Shown one piece after another: positions 53,327-64,000 of a stretch of 64,000 nucleotides of DNA; position 1 is the stretch's first letter, and each line of letters opens with the position of its first letter. The stretch covers positions 992,001 through 1,056,000 of the forward strand of contig JBNJNM010000010.1 in assembly GCA_052426225.1 (NCBI GenBank), given 5' to 3'. The DNA comes from Zancudomyces culisetae HAW-14-8. Taxonomy: Eukaryota; Fungi; Kickxellomycota. The notes beneath the pieces were generated by a model, which was not told where the DNA came from, did no database searches, and saw only the letters and a list, made by a program, of their open reading frames with translations. The translations under genes were made by a program, and so were the position numbers.

Positions 53327-53398
53327 GGGCTTGACCGGGGATTGAACCCGGGGCCTCTCGCACCCAAAGCGAGAATCATACCACTAGACCATCAAGCC
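53327..53398 (-). tRNA. tRNA-Pro(TGG), intronless
   Basis: GGCTTGATGGTCTAGTGGTATGATTCTCGCTTTGGGTGCGAGAGGCCCCGGGTTCAATCCCCGGTCAAGCCC forms a full 72-nt cloverleaf; T-runs follow downstream. Confidence 0.97.
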
Positions 53399-53405
53399 TG
53401 TGTCA

Positions 53406-53859
53406 TGTTAGCGAGTTGGTTCTTTAACCTCGCTTAATTAAAAACTGTTATTTACTTTGATAACTAAATATGTATTTAACTATATTTATTCAAGTTTAAA
53501 ATATATATAAGTTATAGACTTCTAGTAAATAGATCAAAACTGAATTTATTGATATCTTTCGACTTACTGAAAAACTTCAAGTATTTATAACTTAAAAACT
53601 AACTAATACTTAATAAACTACTATAAAACTATATAATAATTAAAACCTATTTTTTTTGTTATTAATTCTAATCTAGAAAAAACCCGAAGATCAAAAAAAC
53701 TAAACTAGAACCTTGTAATGTTAAATAAACTAATTATAAACCTTAGCAGATCATATATTTTGACCTACAATATTAATAATATAAATAATATAAATAAACA
53801 AACCTAATTGGAGTGCCGATTATATCGTGGTTAGAGGTGATCTACGCCACTATATAACA
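53406..53859 (-). mobile_element. Solo LTR (454 bp) with 4-bp TSD GTCA
   Basis: Termini TGTTA..TAACA; GTCA at 53402-53405 and 53860-53863; right end cactatataaca resembles cactatatgaca of the LTR ending at 60101. Confidence 0.8.
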
Positions 53860-53867
53860 GTCATGTT

Positions 53868-54489
53868 TGTCGCAATATGGGATCTGGGGGTTACACAATT
53901 GCTCTGTAACCTTATCCCCATTTGCGCAGAATGGGGTGACACACACCCCTTTGGAGGTGTAGGGGAAAGTCTGATCCCCGACGGACTCCCTAGGCTGCTA
54001 CGGATCTGTATCTGACGCACGCTAGTGGTCAGATCTTTCAAGGTCTGGGGGCTTAATACCCCAGCATCCTGATCCATGCTGCTGCCAGTACTTCTTCCGG
54101 AAGATGATGAAGTGGTACTTATTGCCATCTCCTCATCTTCATACCCATTTGAGTAGTACATTTTCGTAGTTTTGATATAATTTTTTATTATGAACTAGAT
54201 TTTTATTTATATGTCCGTATATTAAGACATGGATGACGCTTTCCAATTCATCCTATGTCTTTTATTTATATAAACTAACTCTTTAAAAATAATCACTAAA
54301 CTATCATCCATAAAAAACAATATTACTATATTAATGTTTGCGTTGAAACGTTGGTGTATGAATGTGTTGTTAACAATCATTCATACATATCTCAACGTTT
54401 CTTTAATGAACAATGTAATTGTTCAGCAACGTGTAATCTGATCCAATACACGTTGCTATGCCGTGATACCCGGATCTAGTATCTCGACA
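53868..54489 (-). repeat. Element A 3' LTR
   Basis: Direct repeat of 59017-59638; adjacent PPT AAAAGGGGAGGAC (54502-54490). Confidence 0.97.
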
Positions 54490-54506
54490 GTCCTCCCCTT
54501 TTAATT

Positions 54507-57500
54507 TTAATCGTCCTCGATTAAACTACTATTTGTTGGTTGTTTGTGCAATGTTGACCCCGTAGTTCTTGCGCTTCCCGTGTATAAATTTGGTATTAGT
54601 TGGTATTCTGGATAATATTTTCGAAGTCTGTCCACATGCACTTTGTCTATGTGTCCTTCTCGATCTTCGATCTCGTATACTCCGTTTCCTAGTTTATTAG
54701 TTACTTTAAACGGTCCCACATTCCTGTGCATTGTGTACGGGTTTCTTGTCGTTGTAGCTTTTAGTACTTCATCTCCTATTTCTAAAACTCGCGGTCTTAC
54801 TCCCTTATTATATCTATCTTCTTCATATATTTTCTGTCTTTTTGCTAAGTCAACTGTTAATCTTCTATAAGTAGGTATTTCTTCTTCTAAATATTTTATT
54901 CTTGTCTTCATTGCCAGTTCCTTATCGATGTCTAGCGGTATGTAACTATTCCATACTTCTGGAGTTAAGAGTTTTAATCCATATACTATCTCTGCAGGTG
55001 ATCTTCCTAAACTCTTATGTTGTGTAGTCCTCATTGTTAGTAGAGCTCGCCAGATGTGGGCATCCCAGTTTCCTGGTCTACTGATTGTTTGTTTTATCAA
55101 TAACTGTTTTAGAGTCTGGATCGATCTTTCAATCTGGCCATTTGCTGATGGTCTATATGCTGTTACCGGTCGTTGTTCTATACCTAAAAATTCATTATAT
55201 CTCGCGCACGCTTCGTTACTTAGGTGGGTACCCCGATCTGTTATTATTATTTTTGGTACTCCGAAATTTGCAACTATTAATTCTGTTATAAATGTACAAA
55301 TAGTTTCGGCATTTACAGATTTTACCGGTAGTGCCACCGGCCATTTGGTAAAATAGTCAACGGCCATAATTATGTATTTGTTTCGTTCCGGCTCCGTAAC
55401 AGGTGAGATAGGGCCAGCCACGTCGAGGCCCCAAACTTTGAATGGTTCACTAAATATAATTGGATGCAAATTCTCTGCTTTTCTCTGAATGTAGTTGGTT
55501 CGCTGGCATACTTCGCATCTTTCGACTATTAGCTTAACTACTGGATAGCTTCCTGGTGCATAATAATGATCGTTCAAGTACTTGTACGTTGCTGTTGTAT
55601 CCCTATGCTGTTCATAATGAATATTATATATGGTTTCGTAAAGTTCTTTAGGATGTAAATATTTTCTTTGTGATTTGTCATTGTGAATTATTTTGTTGTC
55701 TTGTACCGAAAACTTTGATAGTATTTTATCGTTTGGTATATTAGTCTTGTCCTTTATTCGTTCCTTAAGTTCCTCGTATCCTTTTGTTGAAATATAAAGT
55801 ACCTCTTCCACTTGTTCGGGAATATCTTCCCAAGGGAACCTGCTTAAATAATCAGCTGGATTATTTTTCCCTTCTCTGTGAATTACCTTGAACTCATAAT
55901 GTCTAAGCTTTAATATCCACCTGCCTATTCTTCCTTTAGCTGGTTCTTTTTTAAATAATTCCACTAAAGCGCTATGATCAGTTATTACAGTAAACGCTCG
56001 ACCGTATAAATAATAATGAAAATGGGTGATTGCCCAAATTACCGCTAAGCCTTCAAGATGTGTGATACTGTAGTTGCTTTCTGCTTGCGATAAAGTTCTG
56101 CTTGCGTAACATACGATTCGATTTTTCCCTTCGGTGCCTTGAGCCAGTATTGCTCCTAAGCCTGCGGTTGATGCGTCTGTTATTAAGGTAAATTCTTGGT
56201 CCCAATCTGGATGATTTAAAATTGGCTTGTTTGTGAGCTGTTGTTGTAAATAGTTAAATGCTTCTTGCTGCGGTACTCCCCATTTGAATGCAGTATCTTT
56301 CTTAGTTAAGCTCGTTAAGGGCTTCGCTATACTGGAGAACCCTTTTATAAATTTTCTATAATATCCGACTAGTCCCAAGTAACTTCTAAGACTATTAATA
56401 TCCGTAGGTGGTTTCATTTGTTTTACCTTGTCAACATTTTCGGTGTCCGGTTGTATTCCATTCTTGTTTATGATATGTCCTAAATACCGTACTTCAGTAT
56501 ATCCTATTCGGCATTTATCCGCATGTAATTTTATGTTTTTTTATTTTTAATAGTTCAATTACTCTATACACATCTTGTATATGTTCATCAAAAGTTTTTG
56601 AATACACTATTATGTCATCTATGTATACTAAAACACATCGATGAAGTTCTGTTTTTAACACATCTTCCATAACTCTCTGGAAAATCGACGGGGCATTTGT
56701 TAGCCCAAACGGTAACACAGTAAACTGGAATAGCCCTAAACCCGGTCCAGGCGAAAATGCAGTCATCTCTTGTGTTGCTGGATCTAACGGAATCTGCCAG
56801 TAACCACTCAGAGCGTCCAAAGTGGTAAAGTATCTGGCTCCTTGCAAATTACTTAAGATTTCGTCGATGTTTGGGATCGGGTAAGCGTCTTTTTTCGATA
56901 CATCGTTCAATTTTCTGTAGTCGACGCAAAGTCGTTTTTTGCCATCTTTTTTTCTGACGACTACCATGGGAAAACAGTACGGGCTGTTTGACTTTACAAT
57001 TATCCCTTGGTTCTTCATTTCGTCCAGCTGTTCTAGTACCTCGTCTTGTAACCGCTTTGCTAACCGATATGGTTTACAGTGAATTGGGTTTTGATCAATT
57101 AGTTCAACTCGAATTGGTTTTACGTAGGCTCCTTTAAATTCTTCTAGATTGTGTGCAAATTGATCGCTATTATGTGTTATGAGTGAGATTAATCTTTCTT
57201 TGAGCGGTCTTTCCAACATTTGGTTAAGCACTTTACTTTCCGTATCAACAAGGTGTACATTTTTACTTGTTATTTCGTTTATATTACTATTTTCCTGACG
57301 TAATATTAACGGTATTTGATGTTGTACTCCGTTTATATGACATTTTATTACGTTATCTTTTAGATTTATTTGGGCATTTAAACACGCTAACAAATCTACG
57401 CCCAGAAGTAAAAGGTCTGATTTTCCTTGTTCAATAGAGTGGATTGGTATATGAACATTAAAAGTATCAAAGGTTAATCGGACAGATGGATAATATCGTG

Positions 57501-59310
57501 AAGATGTCGGTCTCCCTTCTACTCCGATGATGGTAACATTTGATGTTTGACCATTCCCTAATTTTAGCTTTTTGGCCATCTTTGCACTCATTAGATTTGT
57601 CGCCGCTCCACTGTCATACTGAAACCATGTGTTTATTCCGTTGATTGTTACCTTCCCCATGATTGCATTTATCTTTCGGCTTATATCCGATTGAAATATT
57701 GTCGGCTGACTGCTGTATTGTTCCTTCAAATCTACTAGGTTGATTTCTTGTGTTTGATGCTCAATCACCGGTCTCCGTGGAGTAGCAGTCCTCATTTCTA
57801 CATCTTCTATTGATGTGGGACAGTTATTTGCGAAATGGCCCATTTGTCTGCATTTATAGCATTTAATGTTACGAGCGTCCGTTGTCAGTTGTTTAAACTG
57901 TTTTGTCGGAGTTATGTATTCATTTTTTGGCACTTCTCTGTATTTAGTATTTTTATATTGAGATATTTTACTATAATTTTTCTCTCTTATTTTATTGTTA
58001 AATGAATAATTAATGTTTTTGTTGTTATCTGTTTTATAATTTTTGTTAGTATTATTATTATTTTTATTGTAATGAGTATAAGTGTTTTCTTTTGAATAAT
58101 TTATGTTTCGCACACCCTGAGATTGTTTGGAAGTAATAAAATCTTCCTCCCTTTGTAACATGTATTCCAACATGGTTTTCAATGTTATCCCCTTTGGATT
58201 ATTTCTCATGTGTTGTTTATCAGTCGGGTTAAGTTTTTTAAACGTTTCTTCAGCCATAGTTGCTTCATCTTCAACCTTCATATTTTTAAATAATCGTTTA
58301 ATATCTGCAAAGGTTGTTATTGGATTATTGTTATAGAGATTATATTTTTCAAACTGTTTCTTAGCTTCTGAAGTGTCGCGATATCTCTGACAGTTACTAA
58401 TAAAGAGTGTGCAATACTCTTCCCAATTATCTTGTATGGTCATAAGATCAACCAATGTCTTTTTTATACCTCCTTCGAGAAAAGTTTCTAAGTAAGTATA
58501 CGTTTCTTCCAATGTTAAGATCTGCTCCAATGCGTTAACATGCTTACAGAATCTGTTTATAAACTCCTCCGGGTCTTGATCCCACGTATTTCTAAATATT
58601 GGCGGTGGTACTGGTAACCAGCCAGGTGCGGAAGTATCTTGTCCCCGCTTAATTCTTTCCTGTGTAGCTTTGATATTAGTTTCAAATATCTCTTTCACTG
58701 TCTTCTTTCCTACTACCTGTGGCAGTTTTGTTTTTTTCTTTGAACTAGATTCAGCCTTCTCAGCCTTCTTTTCTGATTCAGTATCGAAATTAAAAATTTC
58801 GATACTTCTAGGGGCATATTCTTTGATTTTTTTGACACCATCAAAAAATAATCTTTTAGCTACCTGAGCTGTGGTTGGTTCTGGAGCTGATAGACTTCCG
58901 TCTGCACTTCTTGGTGAGAAATAAAGTGCTGGAGAATCATATAATTCTGGACTTGCACTCTTCGGTTTCGTATCCTTGTGATCATCCGTAAAAGAATGAT
59001 CCTGTCGCTGACGCCATGTCGCAATATGGGATCTGGGGGTTACACAATTGCTCTGTAACCTTATCCCCATTTGCGCAGAATGGGGTGACACACACCCCTT
59101 TGGAGGTGTAGGGGAAAGTCTGATCCCCGACGGACTCCCTAGGCTGCTACGGATCTGTATCTGACGCACGCTAGTGGTCAGATCTTTCAAGGTCTGGGGG
59201 CTTAATACCCCAGCATCCTGATCCATGCTGCTGCCAGTACTTCTTCCGGAAGATGATGAAGTGGTACTTATTGCCATCTCCTCATCTTCATACCCATTTG
59301 AGTAGTACAT
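54507..59310 (-). CDS. Element A gag-pol polyprotein, split by a 1-nt frameshift in an A7 run (56536-56542)
   Basis: CYKCRQMGHFANNC, YDSGAA (protease), YIDDII (RT), TDAS (RNase H), integrase WGLDVAGP/TDRG/QIER, GPF. Removing one A restores IKNIKLHADKCRIGYTEVRYLGH and fuses ORFs 56515-59310 and 54507-56417. Confidence 0.93.
58999..59016 (-). other. Primer-binding site, probably tRNA-Ser
   Basis: TGGCGTCAGCGACAGGAT directly abuts the 5' LTR; its complement ATCCTGTCGCTGACG-CCA has a G discriminator and resembles eukaryotic tRNA-Ser 3' ends. Confidence 0.75.
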
Positions 59311-59638
59311 TTTCGTAGTTTTGATATAATTTTTTATTATGAACTAGATTTTTATTTATATGTCCGTATATTAAGACATGGATGACGCTTTCCAATTCAT
59401 CCTATGTCTTTTATTTATATAAACTAACTCTTTAAAAATAATCACTAAACTATCATCCATAAAAAACAATATTACTATATTAATGTTTGCGTTGAAACGT
59501 TGGTGTATGAATGTGTTGTTAACAATCATTCATACATATCTCAACGTTTCTTTAATGAACAATGTAATTGTTCAGCAACGTGTAATCTGATCCAATACAC
59601 GTTGCTATGCCGTGATACCCGGATCTAGTATCTCGACA
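59017..59638 (-). repeat. Element A 5' LTR (contains the gag ATG at 59310)
   Basis: Direct repeat of 53868-54489, followed by the PBS on the minus strand. Confidence 0.97.
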
Positions 59639-62600
59639 TGTTGTATAATTAAATTTTACTTATAATTATTTATATTTTTCTTATTTATATATGTATAATA
59701 TGTATCGTATAATTATTGTTATAAATTATAAACTTAGTTGAAACTATTATAAACTTAATATAAACATCTTTAGTTGATCATAACTATTTATTTACTACTA
59801 TAAAGCTTGTATGATAGAATGATATTTATTTTTTTATGCAATAACTAACCCTTTAAATACTTTTCCTAGTATTATAAATATACTAATAACTAACTATTGA
59901 ACTAATACTAACTAAATAAACTAATACTGAAACAATTTAATTGAGTAATAAACTAATACTCTTAGAAAAAACATCAATGAATCAGTTTCATTGAATACTA
60001 AAAAAACTAAAACTAAAAGTATATTAATAATTTAATTATTTCACTTGATGATAAACATATAATATTAGTTTATCACCAAGGGTTCATGTCACTATATGAC
60101 AGTACCCTCCTCTTTAAGCGTGGATGCCCTCATCCTGCGCTTTCTGCCTGAATCTGCGTAGTTTGGATTTTAAAGTGGTCGTAACTTCTGGTATCATATA
60201 TGTACTCGTATTATATTGCTTTAATATATCGCCGTGTACTAAGTCTCTGTTACCGAACTGATCGCTGATTATGTAAGTTCCTTTATCTAATCTGTTTTTC
60301 ACTTTATAAGGTCCCTCCCAAACCCTTTCTAGCTTAGCCTGTTCATACTCTATCAACTTCAAAACAAAATCTCCAATTTTAAAATTATATATCTCTACTT
60401 TACGATTATACCTTACTTCATCGTACTTTTTAGCCTTTACCGAGCCTTTTATTCCTAATTCTCTTATCTGTGGTAAATCCTCTTTTATTAATTGAATTCT
60501 GTTTTTAAATTCCTCTTCTTCATTTTCGTTTGTACCGTTAGGTTTCCATGTTGATGGTATTTCCATTTGTATTCCATATAGCATTTCTGCAGGCGAGTAT
60601 CCCGTTGATTTATTTTTCATTGTTCTTAATACTAACATGGTTTTCCATAAATGTGAATCCCAATTGCTTTTATCCAACATACACTGTTTTTGTAATATAT
60701 TTACCACTGTCCTATTGAGTCTCTCTACTTGACCATTACTCTGTGGACGGTAAGGTGTTGTAGGAGCATGTCTTAATCCTAACCAATTGTAAACTTCTGT
60801 TGTCGCATCGCTAATAAATCCTGGTCCCCTGTCCGTTATAATTCTTTGAGGTACTCCATATTCAGTTATAATATAGTTGATTAAGAAGTCGATAATTGTT
60901 TCGCTTTGAATGTTTTTTACCGGAACTGCAATCGGCCATTTAGTACAGTAATCGATTGCCGTAAGAATAAATCGGTTTCCTGATGTCGTTTCTGGAGTAA
61001 AAGGTCCGATAGCATCCATTCCAATTATTTCGAATGGTTTTCTTGCAATGATTGGTACAAGTGGAAACTTTTTCGTTCTACCATCTTTATATAGCTGACA
61101 GATGTGGCAGCACTTCACTATCTCATAAACATCTTTATATAAATTATGTCCACAGTATATTGCACTTACTCTGTTCCACGTATTTTCAATGCCTTCGTGT
61201 GCAGCATTGTGGATTTCATTTACAACATCTTTAACATTTTGCTCATGTAATACTTCCTTTAAAATATTTTTTACTCTTTTAAATAACTTTCCGTTTTTTA
61301 AACGATATTGGCGCGATTTATTTCTTATTTTTTTTCTGTATTGTTCGCTACTATTACTAGGATAAGATAAATCCGCTAAATATTGTCTAACTGCATCGTA
61401 TTCAACATATTCCATCGCAAACACATCCAGTTCGTTGTTATTCTCGTGCACATTGTCTACTAATCTTGATAATCCATCTGCGGGATTAAACTTACCAGGA
61501 AGGTGTTCTATTTCGAAATCATAATTTCTTAAAATCATCGCCCATCTAGCGATCCTACCTGTTATTTCTGGTCCATTAAAAATTTGTATCAATGATTTGT
61601 GATCTGTTCTGATTTTAAATTTTCTTCCCCAAACATAATACTTGAATTTTTTCACAGCCCATACCACGGCAAGAGCTTCTAAATGTGATTTTGAATAATT
61701 TTTTTCTGCACTGTTAGTTGTTCTGCTAGCGAATTCAATAACCACTTCAGATCCCTTTTCTCCCTGTGATAAAACCGCACCAATTCCTAATATAGAAGCA
61801 TCCGTTGTTATAACAAATTCTTTTTGCCAGTCGGGGTGTCCTAATATCGGAGCTGTTGTAAGTAGTTCTTTTAAATCTTCTACTGCTTTATCCTGCTTTT
61901 CTCCCCAATCCCATTTCTCGTTCTTTTTTAATAACTTTGTGATAGGGCTCGCAACTTTTGCGTAATTGGGTATATATTTTCTATAGTATCCTGTTAACCC
62001 TAACAGTGATTGTATTTCTTTAATTGACTTTGGTGTTTATACATTTTGAATTGCTTCGATCTTTTTTGGACTCGTACCTATTCCTTTATCCGATATCGTA
62101 TGTCCTAAGTACTCAATTTCCCTATGTCCTATACTGCATTTGTTTTTATGTAATTGAATTTTATGAATTTTTAATAAATTTAATACATCTTTTAAATCTT
62201 CAGCATGTTCTTCTTCTGTACGTGAATATACTATAATATCATCAATAAATACCACCGCCTTTTTCCATAAAACTGGTTTCAACACCATCTCCATTGTTCT
62301 CTGAAAGGTAGCCGGACTATTCGTTAAACCGAAAGGCATAACGTTATAGCGATAACTACCGCTTCCTGGAAGTGCAAACGTAGTTTTATCCTTGTCGTGT
62401 TCACTCATGCGTATTTGCCAGAACCCGCTTAACGCATCAAGTGAACTAAATATTGCTGATCCAGACAGTGCCATAAACAGATCTTGTATAACCGGTAAGG
62501 GATAGCAGTCCTTTTTTGTTATTTTATTTAGTTGTCTGTAATCTGCGCATACTCTTAATTTTCCATCTTTTTTGTGTACAATAACTACCGGTGAGCACCA

Positions 62601-64000
62601 CTCGGCATTACTAGGTTCGATTATTCCTTGTTGCAACATTTTCTGTAACTCGACTTCGACATTTTCCTGCAATCTGTACGGAATCCGGTATGGTCTTAAT
62701 TTGATAGGTGTGTTTTCAGTCACCTCTATTCTGTGTTCAGATACATTTGTTTGTTGTAACTCAGAAATATCCTCTACAAAAAGTTCGTTATATTCTTCAA
62801 GTACTTTTTGTATACTCGTATTTTGTATTTCTTTTATTCCTTTTGGCTTTTCTTTAATCATTAAATATATTTCAGACTCTTCTTCAATAGATATATTTGA
62901 TGTAACAAGCCTGGTGATGACTTCAGCATTTTCGATTGGGAATCTTATCTCAGGTATTCTTAAGTTTATAGATGCTTTATGCTGTATTAACCAATCTGTA
63001 CCTAATATCAGAGTACCATCATTTTTGTTCATAACTATTAGATTAGCAGGAAATATGTAAGAAGCAATCTTAACAGGTATCTTGTTAACTTTTCCCAATG
63101 CTGCATGTCTTTTACCATCAGCGGTAACTATAACTTGGTTGATATTTTCATCAACATTCAACCCCCAATCTTCAACCATACTACTAGATACTACTGAGCA
63201 CGCTGCTCCAGTATCTACAACTGCTAATATATTTTGACCAAATATTTGTACTTGAGCTTTACAGTTTGTTACTTTTTTAGGTTGAAGTTGTATTTCATTT
63301 ATCTCAGCTGTATTAGATTTATCACATATACTAACCAGCTCTGCAGTTAAACCAGGTGAACTGTTTAACAATTGTATCAAACTTATCTTTGGATATATTT
63401 TATCCAACTCTTCTTTTAATGAAAACTTTTTTGTACCATCAGTTATCTTATTTATGTATCTCTTATACACTTGAGCTTTTAATGGAGTATTTTCATTTAT
63501 TTTTCCTACATCTTTATTGATATCTGAAGTATTGGTACTTTCAGAACTATCTAAAGGTGTTGCTGCTGTATTAATTCTTTTATTAGCTCTATTTTCTGAA
63601 GTTATATCTCTAAAATCACTTTTTCTTTTTTCAACTGCAAATAATTCTTGGCCTTGACAATCCTCTGTTCTTACCAATTCAATATAGTTTACATTTGTTC
63701 CTGTTTTAACTCTTTGTTCGTCATTTTGCAATGATTTCCACTTTTTGCATTCAAATTTTCTGTGACCATCTTCATGGCAGTAATAACACTTGTAAACCTG
63801 TGCAGAACCTAAATTGTAAGTTTTTAGTTTCTTTTCAACAACTTCATCTACTTTCGCTAATAAATTTACACTTAGTTCTTCAAATTTCCTGATCATGGCT
63901 GCATAGGGTTCCTTGTCCTTGGACATATCCTTTATTGCCCTACCCTGTTTACTTGCTGCATTCCTGGTAATTTCTTTGAACTTAGTAACTCTTTCTTTTC
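59639..64000 (-). mobile_element. Second Ty3/gypsy LTR retrotransposon (element B), 5' part outside the window
   Basis: 3' LTR ends ..ATATGACA at 60101 next to PPT AGAGGAGGGTAC (60113-60102); its tRNA-proximal tip is interrupted by element A. Confidence 0.93.
60114..64000 (-). pseudogene. Element B gag-pol with an in-frame TAA at 62039-62037
   Basis: CYYCHEDGHRKFEC, VDTGAA, FIDDII, then IQNV*TPKSIKEIQSLLGLTGYYRK in the same frame, TDAS, integrase GMDAIGP/TDRG/QVER, WEGPY. Confidence 0.93.

Larger units (their letters stand above)
53868..59638 (-). mobile_element. Full-length Ty3/gypsy LTR retrotransposon (element A), 5771 bp, 4-bp TSD TGTT
   Basis: 622-bp LTRs that look identical by eye (TGTCG..CGACA); TGTT at 53864-53867 and 59639-59642; PBS, PPT and gag-PR-RT-RH-IN order. 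Confidence 0.97.

Noticed and set aside
53868-54489. Hairpin array as CRISPR or attC-like array
   Set aside because: The hairpins share no repeated sequence or regular spacing, and the context is a eukaryotic LTR.
62037-62039. Stop-codon reassignment explaining the in-frame TAA
   Set aside because: Host genes in the window terminate normally at TAA, TAG and TGA.

Overview
AT-rich, intron-containing eukaryotic (fungal) genomic DNA. Gene content and retroelement style suggest an early-diverging fungus, possibly Harpellales/Kickxellomycotina; this is inference only. Host genes: a partial DIP2/CMR2-like tandem adenylation-domain gene, FIS1, a secreted Cys/Pro-rich protein, a Nup2/Nup50-like nucleoporin, DBP3, FUR1, a CST26/LCLAT1-like acyltransferase, BUD6, a PQ-loop transporter, a DDX42-like helicase and a LEA_2-type membrane protein. 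A full-length, apparently intact LINE (17206-22815, 14-bp TSD) splits an F-box/ankyrin gene and carries an antisense tRNA-like segment. The most striking structure is at the right end: three different LTR-retrotransposon insertions (a solo LTR, a full-length Ty3/gypsy element with identical LTRs, and a second Ty3/gypsy element running off the window) whose reconstructed insertion points all fall within 11 bp upstream of one tRNA-Pro(TGG) gene, two of them with visible 4-bp TSDs. The LTRs of the full-length element are tiled with back-to-back hairpins and contain the gag start codon.
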